Shown: piece after piece, positions 52,282-64,000 of the stretch
Numbering within the stretch: the first letter of the stretch is position 1
Layout of the letters: the number at the start of each line of letters is the position of its first letter
Source of the DNA: Adineta vaga
Lineage: Eukaryota; Animalia; Rotifera
Assembly: GCA_021613535.1 (NCBI GenBank)
Contig: CP075493.1
Coordinates: 3,472,001 to 3,536,000 of the forward strand
Length of the DNA stretch: 64,000 nt
Direction: 5' to 3'
The notes under the pieces: generated by a model
What the model was told of the DNA's origin: nothing
Database searches by the model: none
The model's input: only the letters and a program-made list of their open reading frames with translations
Made by a program: the position numbers and the translations under genes

Positions 52282-53020
52282 TATGAGATTTTATATTGAA
52301 TATATATATTTTTTTAGTTTATCTATTTTATTGTAACTATTTTTTTTTCTGTGAAATATTCCAGTCTGTACGGTGAATAGATATCCAATGAAAACTTGTG
52401 TAATAGTTTTATTTTTCTATTTGAGCCGATCAAGGTTGTCTGAAATAGAAGAAAAGCGTTGGTATTGGTTATATACGATGTTACCAATGGACAAAACGTG
52501 ACAGATTGTAATCGCAACTTCGATTTCACACCTGTAGAGCATAAATAATATTCTTTGATGGTATAACATGTCATTAAAATATATTTATTCATGAAAAATA
52601 TTTTGCAAGATTCTATGATTTGAAGTAATTACATGAATGACACATTCAATAATCAGTCGAGAAAGTAAATTTTTCTTTTCCTTAAAATATTTTGAGTAGG
52701 AGTGATTTCAGTTTTTGTCAACTATTTATTTTTCTATTATGATTGCACTCGCCATGGATATCTTCGGAAACGCCCTGATTGAAAAACGTAACAGATATGA
52801 ACCATTTAATCAAATTATACACGAGGACTGTAACAGTTGTTTAATGTTTCCGTGATATTTAATTGAAGATATTCTAAAATCGACGAGATTGAACAGACTA
52901 ATTTATTTTCTTAAAAAACGAAATATTTTTTTTTATTCATTCGTGTTTTGCAAATATTCTTTAGTAGAAACAATTTTCCATAAAAGAAACGAATTGTTCT
53001 TGTTAAATGAAAAGTTTTTC

Positions 53021-53692
53021 TTAAGATGCAAGAGGTACGTGTGCTTGATTAATGTATGCAACAGGTACCGAATGTAATTGCAATGCGTACGGTGATTGAG
53101 GTTGACATTCTCTAGCAACTACAATTAAATTTTCCCAAACTAAGAGAAAAGCAAACAAAGCACAGATTAAAGATGTAATGACTAATGCTTTTATCGTGGT
53201 AGTTGTGCAACTGGATAATGGACTTTCGTTACATGCTTCGATTATAAGAGCAACTTGTATAGAGTAGAGAACTATTGTTCGTATAAGACTTATCATTTGA
53301 TAAAATCCCAAAATAAAGACACTGGTTAGAACATCTTCCTGATGACACAGAAGTACTACAAAAACACCAAAGGCAAATAGATGAATTCCATATATATCAG
53401 AATAAACCTGTGACAGACTATTAAAGATAAAAAGATAGTATAAATAAATATGATTAATGAAAATGAAAAATCTTCTTCATTGATTCTGTTACTTTTTGAA
53501 AGATGATTTGATTAGATAGGCTTCACATCCGATAGCAACCAATGCCGTAAACATGTAGGCAAGTCCAATATAATTTAATCTTGCCGATGCTTTTACAGAA
53601 ATTTTATTGAAGAGAAATGCCCATCGTGGTTGATTTGCATTTTCAGGCGGCATGGGCGTTAGAATAGCAGCAGATTGAATACCTTGAATCAT
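53021..53692 (-). CDS. Uncharacterised four-TM membrane protein (exons 53692-53493, 53417-53021)
   Basis: Phase-compatible intron; four hydrophobic segments; Cys pair in the second loop (MS4A-like topology). Confidence 0.65.
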
Positions 53693-54626
53693 ATTATACT
53701 TGCTTACTTGTAGTGATAAAATGAAAACAAACTCACTTTCTTTTGTTCTTATTTATAGATAACTATAAAAACAATGTTTTGAAGATAACAAAAAGAAAAT
53801 CTACTTTTATTTACTATAGACATGATAAGGTCTATGTTTATTTTAACTACTAACAAATAATCTTGAATAACAATGAGTTTCTACGAATAAAACTTGATCT
53901 TGAAGATTCACTGTATGGCATCGAAGAGATTGTGTTGACGACAAATAAAAAATATAGAGCATTTTTAAGTTGAATCGATTAGAAAGTAATCATAAGTGAT
54001 TTCAATGTATTTCTAATAGAACATATTAAAGATGCGTATAATGTTCTCTCCAATAAAAAAATTTCTAACTTGATTAAAAGTCAGTTTCTTCGAAAAAACT
54101 CGCCTTCTAAAATAGTTCTGTTCATGAAATTGTTTTGCGTCATAATATATACTGTTATTTGAAAATAACTAAGAAACTGTTTATCAAGGTGAAAAGTTTC
54201 CATGCATTTTAAACGTAACTGATATTATTTCGTAACCATTATATGAATTACATCTCCTTGAGACATATGTTTCGATAACAATAAAATTGATCTCTGTTTT
54301 GTATATGTCTATAGTATGTGTCTAACAATAGTAATAAATAGTTTGATCTGATATGATCTACATTCATTAAAGGTACACCAACACCCATTATTACGAAAAA
54401 AGCTGTCAACCTCGTCAGAGAAGGTTTACTCATTTCCTTCTTGAAACAACAAGCGAACGAACAGAGTTACCTGACTAATATCAAATGACATTTATCTATT
54501 TTTCGTTTGCTGTTCTGTCTCGTTTGTCACGAATGACTTCTCTTGCAGTATATGTATATAACTACGTACCATGAAAAAAAAACCAATCACGCATCTATTT
54601 TAGACAACTAATAGAAGTCACAAACG

Positions 54627-56105
54627 ATGCTTGCATCACAATATGCACCACGAAGGAATCTTCCGCCTACAACAAATCAATTCCATCATAGAGAATCTAT
54701 ATGGAGAGTCATCGCTGACATTATAAGTCTACTCATATGTAAATCGATCGGTTTTCTTCTCTAATTTAATTCAAATGTTTCATTTTATGTATAGTAATTG
54801 CTGTGACAGTCGTTGCGCATTATATTGCAACACCATTTACACGTGGATTCCATTGTTCCGATAAATCTATTCGACATCCAAAAAGAGACAATACAATACC
54901 GACATATGCAGCTGTTATTTTATCAATTGGTTTGCCTCTTTTAGTAGTAAGATAATTCTACTTTGAGAATATTTGTCTATATATGAATTTAGATGTGGTT
55001 TACAGAAATTTTTAAACGATTCTATTTTTCCTGGTATCCCAAACAACCGTTTCTAACTCGTTTTGAATTATGTGGTACACTTTTTACATATATTTCACCA
55101 TTTATTCGTAATCTTTATGTTCTAACTAGTAAACACACTTTTATTCATCGGTAGATTTTCAGAAATATAACTATATACTTTTTCTGGTAGTTGTTTTTGC
55201 ATATGGTTACATAGCAACATGGGCTATAACGGAAGTAACAAAAAATTTTGTTGGAGAATTAAGACCTCATTTTTTGGCTGTATGTCAACCATCATATAAT
55301 TGCTCTGCAGTTACAAACTTGTATCAATATGATGCTTATTTACAAGAAGGAATTGATTATACATGTCAAAATACAAATGTTTCTGACGTACGCGAAGCAC
55401 GGTAAGAATATAAATATTCGATTGATTTATTTCTCTGACCAACAGGATTAACAATCCGAAATGTTTGTTCAGTATATGTCTGTCTATATTGATTGAAAGA
55501 AGAGAAGAGAGATCAATGAGTCTCGAAAACGATTGTTATTCATATGTGAAATTTAACAAACGTATCTTTTATTTTCGTTATTTAGTCGCTCATTTTTCAG
55601 TGGACATGCATCATCAATATTTTGTAAGTCAATATTTGAATATTTCAAAGCAAATTTGAACTTCCTCTTTTTGTAAATTAGATGGATTTGCTTGGTTGAT
55701 TATGTATATTCATGTCGCATGGTCATGGCGTCATCTTGGTATAATTGGTAATTTATTACAAGTTGGTATTGCAATACTTGCATTGTATATAGGTAATTAG
55801 AACGAAAAGATTTTCCTTTTGTTTTGAAATATATATTTCATCAATTTATATTTCTTCTAGCCTATACTCGTATTAGTGACTTCCAACATCATTGGCATGA
55901 TGTTTTAGTTGGTGCTATTGTTGGCTCATTGATTGCTTTTGTTACCTTTAAATTTATTCTTAATTGGCATAATTATACCACCAAGTTTTTACCATATACA
56001 GCTACAGCACAACAAGCAACACCACCACCAGTCTTTCCTGCAAGATATGGTAGCTTTCGTCCTTCACCTATGATAACTCCGGGACGTATACGAAACTATC
56101 GTTAA
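54627..56105 (+). CDS. Phospholipid phosphatase (PLPP/PAP2/wunen family), copy 1
   Basis: 'RGFHCSDKSIRHP', C1 'KNFVGELRPHF', C2 'SFFSGHAS', C3 'TRISDFQHHWHDVLVG'. Confidence 0.88.
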
Positions 56106-56221
56106 CAATAAACAAATAAACATGTTTTTATATGACTTTATAATTCAGTTTTTAAAATAAACAACACCACGATATATTTTTGATGAGTTTTTCAGATCAT
56201 TTTGTAGAATTTTTTTTCCGA

Positions 56222-57955
56222 ATGAGTGATACCCGTGCACGATATTATCCTTCATCACGTCATCATCATCAACATGATGACTCAGCTATAGCAACCAGAT
56301 GGATACCAACGCCTTCAAGAATATTACAAAGGTATTTTGTCTTCCTCTTCTTTTTCTCATCTCACATTAGAGAATATGTCGTCATCAGATAGAAAATGGT
56401 AGTTTATTTACTCACTTCTTCGCATATAAAAAGAAAAGATGAGTAGGCTCGCTGGTAGAAATCAAGTTTTGTCTGTTCCATACGAAACGATGAATGTGGC
56501 AGGAGCAAGTATTCCTAGGTATTATGATCGAAAAATATATTAGAACGATCATTAAAAAACATCTGTGACCATATTCATGTGATTTTTCTTTGTTATTTTA
56601 GTCATCAAACAATAGCGCGACCTGTTTCGTTAATAAAAATTATTTTCGATGGATTATCGTTTCTTCTTAGTACATTAAATTTTCATTTCATTAGTTTTCA
56701 TGAATTGTTTTTATTGTTTTATTTGAATAGTATTGTCAACATGGTTGATATTTAAATATATTGTACGACCTGTTCGACGACCATTTTTATGTTCGGATTT
56801 GAATTTATATCATCCAAAACCACCAAAAAATGTTTTTCCAACTTGGCTTCTTTTTGTTTGTGCAGTTGTTGTTCCAATTATTATTGTATGTGAACTTAAT
56901 TATTTTGCATTGGATAGTTGGATTTATTCTTATTTAGATACTTCTATCGGAAAGTGCACGATGGTTTTATTTTTTTCGTCAAAAAGCTGCACGTTTTGTT
57001 TATCGACTACAAATTCGTTCGAGTATTTATAATATTCCACAATGGCTCGGAAATCTTTATATTGCAATTGGTATGTTGAAAAACAAATCGATTTGAATTG
57101 AAATGTGTTTTGTTTATTACTTTTTTAGGAATCTTTGCTTTCGCAAGTGGAGTTAATTCATTTTTAACTAATGTTGGCAAAGTTTCATTTGGACGCCATC
57201 GACCTCATTTTATTCCATCATGTTTCAATAAAACAACGTATAAAGATTTTTGCGTAGATCCAACACTATGGATTGTCAATTATACATGTATTGGTGAAGC
57301 AAGTGCAACTGTTGTTGAAAAAGATGGAGCATTTGATATCCGGTAAAGATTTTTATTTTCTTTCAATATAAATCGTTGAAATAATCTTAACTTTTTCAAT
57401 TCCAAATGCATAATCGATTAGCTATTGAATAATATTTCTTTATTTTAGTCAATCATTTCCATCGGGTCATTCATCAACAGCTTTTTGTGGTTTAATCTTT
57501 TTAGCTGTAAGTTTTTTACAATTTTATATCAAACTGAATTCGTTTGCATTTTTTCTTTCCTTTAGTTATATATTCATAAAGTTTGGAGATATCGTCATCT
57601 TGGTCTTATTACCTATTTGATGGAAACAGGTTGTTTTGCTCTAGCGGCATATATTGGTAAGTTCATTTGAAATGACTATCGAAGAAATTCAACATTGATT
57701 TTGAATATTTAAGGTATTACACGCGTCACAGATAATCGTCATCATCCAACTGATGTTCTTGGTGGAGCTATTCTTGGCACTGGTATTGCCATAATTGCTG
57801 TAAGATTGATGGAGTTTTTTTTTGTCGAAAATTTATTTATTTTTCGATGTATCTTTTAGTTTCGTTACATGACTCAATGCATGAAACGATCAGTCCCATT
57901 GGATTCAGAAAATGAAGCCATGAAAGAACAAGTTGATCTTGAAGCTCAATATTAA
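56222..57955 (+). CDS. Phospholipid phosphatase (PLPP/PAP2/wunen family), copy 2
   Basis: 'RRPFLCSDLNLYHP', C1 'KVSFGRHRPHF', C2 'SFPSGHSS', C3 'TRVTDNRHHPTDVLGG'. Confidence 0.88.
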
Positions 57956-60900
57956 TCTATGGTTAATGTGTTTTCTCATATCAAATATATTTAATCTGGC
58001 ATTTTGTAGTGAAATTGTTTTGAATTATTTATTCGATTTTTTAAAAATGTTTTTATGGTCAAATGTAAATGGTGATTGTAATTATGAACAAAGGTTATTT
58101 GCATAATATATATATATAGATATACGATTAAAAAATAGATAGATATTCTCACGTTGAATTTGAAAGAATTGTTTATTTCATCATCTATTCAATGTGAATA
58201 CATTGTGAGTTATCGACTTAATAATCTCATTTTCTATATCACACTTCGATGATTCTAACATTAACATTAGTTGGGAATAGAAATGGAACTCGTATGTTTA
58301 TTAATATTTATTACCTACGAAATATTCAATAAGGTGTCAAAAGATGAAGGTTGATAATTCTCATCCGACATGAAGTTTTCTTTTCTGTTGTACATATGTG
58401 TTTTATCAATCTGAAAACAAGCATGGCAAGAAATGTTTGATAAAACACATGCCGACAGGCTTGTTTCTTTGAATCGTTTGCCACTTTTTTTTCTCATTTT
58501 GAAAACGATTTCTATGTATGTTTCTATTCAAGCATTAAATGATGTTGAATGAATGTCTGCGAGTATCATTAGATTACAGTCAATCTCGAAACGAAACAGC
58601 TGAACGAGTCTCATCAATCAATTATTATCTAAACATTATTTAGCATCCGTTATATATCTCAGACATTGATCAATAGAAAGACTAATAACTAAGAAATAGA
58701 ATTGATAATTAAAACAGAATGAATATTTAACTAATCGATGCAAAAAATTGTCTTGAATAGCAGACTTGTAATAACTGTTTCTTTCTCTCTTATATGCGAC
58801 AATCATGACAATTTGGTTATTGCATGTTCGTGCATACAGAACAATTCGATTGTACGATATATAGTTTACTTCATAGAAGAGCAATAGAAAATAAATAGAC
58901 GATTCGAACTATTATATTAACTCATGTCGCGATCAAGAACTAGTATTACGTACACAATCATAATGATGATGATTTAAATACATATTGAAATATCTAATTA
59001 ACTTTTTTCTTTTCAACGAATGTATTCGTGAAGTAGAATGAATTTGTCTGATCTAAAGCATAAAATCAGTTGAATTAATCTTTTTTCAAGTTCTCCTTTT
59101 TTTCTTCTTCTTCTTCTTCTCTTCAGTCTTTCAACAAAGAAAACAAACACATTCATTGATTTGAATTGTATATGTAAGTGATAGTTTACCAGATGAAAGA
59201 AAAGCTTTTCAACGAGTCAAAGAAAAAACTCTTCCAATTTGAATAGACTTGATCGTATCTTTTGAATATAATTGAATTAGTAAGTAGAACGAAGAAATAT
59301 CTTCTCCTATCTGATCAACTTTCTCGATAATTATCGTCGGTCAACTTTTATTTCTTCTTGTTCGATTGTCATTATGTCTTATGTAAGATGCTGTTTTTCT
59401 TCAACGCACATATACAAAAGAAATATAATAGAAAAGCAGACCAACTTTTGGATCCTTTCACAATGACCTTCATGATCATTGGATAATACGGAGTACGTGT
59501 TCTAGAAATTCTGTCATAGTCTGTTACGTTTTTTTCTCTCTTTTGCTTTGTCTTTGTTTCATAATGGTTTAACAAACACGACAGGAGTTTCCCCTTTTTC
59601 TTCTATTTTTTTTCCTCTTTTTAGTTCTGTCTTTGGCATGATCAACAGAAGTATACATCCACTCCTTCTTCATACTCTTTCTTTTTAGCATTGTAAGTGT
59701 CAGCCAAGTGGCTCAGTTTTTTTCTTCTTCGTCTTCTTTTTTTGCTCAGAATCATTCTTTTCGGCTTTTTTTTCTTCGTCTTCTTCTCTTCTTTTCAAAT
59801 AAACCACAAAATTTGTAGTCTCTAAGAAGAAAAAACCGCATTCTTCACGTTCTTTCCGCTCTACGCACGTCTACGCATTGTCGTTCTCTTCTATTTTTTT
59901 TCCTCCTCTCTCTCTCTCTCTTCTTTTACTACTACGCTTGCTCTTCTTCTTATCATCATCCATAAATGATGATGACTATTGCACACATTTTCGTGCGTGC
60001 TTGGTGTACGCATGCATGTGTCTGTTCTTTTATTGGCATCTTCAATATTCACCCGAGCACATCTAGACAAGGCAAATTATACCTATCAGGTACGAATTAC
60101 ACCTGCTCGTAAATGATTTTATTTGAGAAACCATATTTTTTCAAGTATAAGAATCCTATTCTTATTTACTTTTCTCGTAAAAATGAGTTCAAAAATCAAA
60201 CATTTTAAAAGTATCTAATAAACAGTTAACACATTCAGTCACCAGTCACTGTCATCTATCACCTATCATTTTGAAAGAATGATTACGCGAGCGATTTTGA
60301 ATTTTTTTCTTCTTCTTCTCAGTCGTGGGTGATGACCGTGACATGTGATGACATGCATATAGAGATACCTCTGTATACAGAGTGCATCTGTTCTAAAGTA
60401 AGATTATGTTAATGGGTGTGTACGTGCGCAAGAGGCGAGGATAAACACACTTGTGATTGTAAGAAGGACGTGTATCTTATTGTGATACGATCGTTCTTTA
60501 GTTTAAATGTTTGATTATAATGTTTTTTTTTCCCTTGCATATAAAGATAAGAAACAAATCAGTTCATATGAAACATTAGCAAGGACTAAGAGAAGAAGAA
60601 CAAAATTCAGATTGAGAAGTTAAGATATAGTATGATCAAAGACAAAACTGTTTCAAAGAAAAGACAAATGACGATTGATCGATTCAGTTAGTCAGTATTT
60701 CTTTTTTTTTTTGAAGTATTGATTCAACTAGTTCTCAAGGACGAATAATAGCAATTATATTCGAATACATATGGTTTCTATTGTCATACATATTTTATAC
60801 GTGCAGATATCATCGTGTTTTATTCTCACTAGAGTCATATACAGAAGTCAATATGATTGACTCACTTTCCCACCATATGAATATATGAAGATCAAATATC

Positions 60901-61694
60901 GACAATAGGTGTTTGTGTCTATTTAGAGACAAAGATATGCATACATAGATTCATATGAAATAATGAATAACATTTTTTTTCTTCTCTTTTAATGAACTCC
61001 ACCTTGAAGTAAACTTGATAGATTTTATACACAAATCGTAGACATATATGATGAATAGATTGAAATATATCACGCACTGCCTTCAATTTTATCTACCTAA
61101 CATAAATATATTATATCAAAGTTTATCTTCGTGTTTTTTTTTCTCACTCGTTTTATGAAGCAAGAAAACTTCTCAATATAAAAGTTCATCTTTCGAATAA
61201 CAATAACAAAGACATGAAGATATATACAAACTGTGATTGATTCCATTACTTCTTTTCGAAGATGATAGTCACGATGATGTGAAGCAATATGTATATGCGT
61301 ACACACCTAAAGGATTCCCGATGGCTAGATAGCAGGGCATTTGGCCTTTCTTTTCTTTTCTTTTTCTTTTTCTTTTTCTTTATGTCGTGCTACCTTTATA
61401 TTTGACACCAATTGAGTTGATTTCTTTTTCAGTAAAAAGACACTATCTGAAAACTAAAAGTTGATTAAGATGAAATCGAATCATATTTACTTTTTCTCAA
61501 TAATCAAGGACTAAATTTTCTTTTTTGTATGTTGATATGTTGTCTTTACTCTAAGGCTATTACATGTCATACTTGCATAATAATATGTATCCGATGAGAA
61601 AATTTCCATACTTCCACAGGTCAAATAGAGTATGACATGAATTTCTTTGTTCAAATGTTTATTATTTTAATTTCTTTATATTTCAGTTAAATGA

Positions 61695-63954
61695 ATGGAA
61701 GAAATCTCATCAATGAGTTCTGTTAATTCTCTTTATTATCCATCTGATTCTAATGATAATAGTTTTGATAATAATTCCTTATCAATTCCTTTTCTTGCTT
61801 TAAATGATACATGGATATTACCAATATTTATACTTTGTTTATTTGGCATTCTATGTACTTTAATTATCTCTTTGATATTCATTTATTTATCATATCGTCG
61901 TTTGAATGGTCATTTTTTATTAACAAATTTATTTATATGTTTCAGTGTCACTTTTATTTATATTGTTCTGATTATATTTCTTTTTCGTGCTAATGAATTA
62001 TTTTGTGGTTTAAGAGAATTTCTATCTCAATTAGCTTATGCTCTACTCTATTCAGCTCTATTATGTCGATATATCATGCAATGGTTAGGTTCAAGAATAT
62101 TATCTAGACGAACAAAACAATTAACATCATTATTAATCTATTTATTACTAATTTTTATTCAAATACCAATTGGTATACTTTGGTGGTATTTTACAATTCC
62201 ACGTCTATGTCAACAACGAAGAATGAATATCTTATTATCATCATCGAATATTCCAAAATTAGATTTTTATTTTCGACATCCACTTACATCATCATCATTA
62301 TTAAAACCATGTTCTAATCGTTGTATTGTTGATTATCGTTTTTATGCTACATTTACTTATACAATTATTCAATTATTTCTTTGTACAATGATTTCTACAT
62401 GTTTATTTTTCTGTCGACATTGCCATCGAGATCGACCACGAAATGATACACCGTCGATCAATGGAAATAATCCTATTTTAACATTTTTAAATATGTTAGC
62501 ATTTATTCTAATCGATCTGATTTGGTTAACATGGACATTAATCTATTATTTTACACATCCGTTTTTCGTATTTCCATCCATTATTATCGGAATGTTTTTA
62601 ATTGCATCCATTTGTTTATTATTTATTCTTCTTCCACAAATGTATTATTATTCGAAATTGAAATTTAATGATGTTAATACATATAAAACAAAAGCAATTA
62701 TACCATCAACTACATTATATAGTAATAAATTAGCATCAACGGATGATATGAATGATCAAGAAGGTTTATTGAATGGAAAAACAAATCAATCGAAGAAGAA
62801 ACAACATAAACTATCGAATGCAAGTGAAGGTTCAGATGAATTAGGAGCGAGTGGAACATTTTTACCAATAACACGAACGCCTAAAGGACAATTTAAAGTA
62901 AAAACAACAACAGCAACTGATACGAGTACGCCAGTTGAAAAACTAGATAAATTAATTTATGGTGAACATCATCATACATCCATTACATCGAACAATGTAA
63001 ATGAATCAGGTCTTAATGATAGAAAAGTAAATGCATCAGTTACAAATATAACAGAACAACGATTAGAACCACCTGTTACTGCTCCATTACAACGTCAAGT
63101 ATGTGCAATAATTTGTTCCTTTTGTAAAAGTTATATTCATAGATAATTCTTCTTTTTTCTTCCTCTTTAAGTTAACATCAAGTAGTATTGCGTCAGATTT
63201 TGTCACACCTGTGTTAATGACTAAACATCATCATCCTCATCCTCATCCTCATGGATCTGATTCTTATCGAACAATTAATCCAAATATTCAAACATCATCA
63301 TCTATGTATTATTCAGCATATCCTCCACCACGTCGTGATGAAACAATTATACCAATTCTATGTACTTCTGATCGTCCAAGAACATCTACACCTGTTCAAA
63401 TGCGTTTTGGAGTCAATTCAACACCATCATCCGTTCCAACAACACGACGAATACATTCCGGTACTGATCTTCGATATATTCGTCATCCCTATCATCATAT
63501 CTATCCACCTCCACCACCACAAACTACTCCACCATATTATTCTCCTCAACCACAACAATATCTTTTTGTTGATCCATATCGAACAATGCCGTCACGAATC
63601 GGTGGTAATACATGGCATTCAGTTTTATTACAACCGCGAAGTGCATCACATCGTCAAACACCATCAACACCTTCATCATCTTATCGACGATTTCATATGG
63701 ATAATCGTTCATTATCACAACGTCTCTGGGATATTGATAGTGGCGATGATGACGATGAAGTCGAAGAAGATATTATTAAAGTTGTTGGCCGAGAAACTCC
63801 AACAAAAGAACAAATTACTGATTTACATAGTGATCATTTTGAAAATGAAGGTAAAATCTTACTTCATATTGATGATGATGATGATGATGGTGATGGCGAT
63901 GATGAACATGATCAAGAAGATAATTCTTATAGAAAACAATATGCGCACGTTTAG
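61695..63954 (+). CDS. Class C-like 7TM GPCR without a Venus flytrap domain, with a long disordered tail (exons 61695-63098, 63172-63954)
   Basis: Seven hydrophobic segments; 'FCGLREFLSQLAYALLYSALL' resembles class C TM3, 'LLFILLPQMY' resembles TM7; C-terminal YAHV. Confidence 0.72.
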
Positions 63955-64000
63955 CTAATGCTTTTTTTGTGATATATTTTTTTGTATTTCAAGCATGAGT

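Noticed and set aside
58419-58466. p53-like half-sites (AAGCATGGCA, ACACATGCCG, AGGCTTGTTT); similar near 14363
   Set aside because: Multiple mismatches or wrong spacing; expected by chance
63251-63958. 235-aa overlapping ORF rich in His/Ile/Met
   Set aside because: Shadow frame of TCA/GAT-rich codons in the GPCR tail exon
1-64000. tRNA, rRNA, telomeric repeats, transposase or reverse transcriptase ORFs
   Set aside because: None recognisable by eye; tRNAscan/Infernal not run

Overview
Eukaryotic, very AT-rich, gene-dense animal DNA with short (~50-60 nt) GT-AG introns. The gene content (LEA-like protein, a bacterial-type DUF2059 gene, B-box/coiled-coil orphan) suggests a bdelloid rotifer; this is inference, not tested. 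About 24 protein-coding genes were reconstructed by eye: plectin/spectraplakin-like, RPL13A, TMEM145/GPR180, PHF12-like, a candidate BH3-only protein, a 14-exon LEA-like gene, engrailed, FAM149, an EF-hand orphan, SLC10, a divergent EED/ESC, DUF2059, GH13 alpha-glucosidase, a B-box orphan, claudin-like, KDSR, RNF14, ODAD3/CCDC151, an RBR ligase, a 4TM orphan, two tandem PLPP/wunen genes and a class C-like GPCR. There is also one TA-flanked MITE. Highlights: (1) a 104-aa BH3-only candidate whose 3'UTR has a miR-29 8mer and a Pumilio element; (2) a LEA-like gene whose introns are all phase 1, with a perfect 101-bp duplication creating a stop-containing exon; (3) a likely horizontally acquired secreted DUF2059 protein; (4) operon-like clusters with orphan splice acceptors; (5) an EED homologue with an altered methyl-lysine cage. 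All exon boundaries are manual and no database searches were run.
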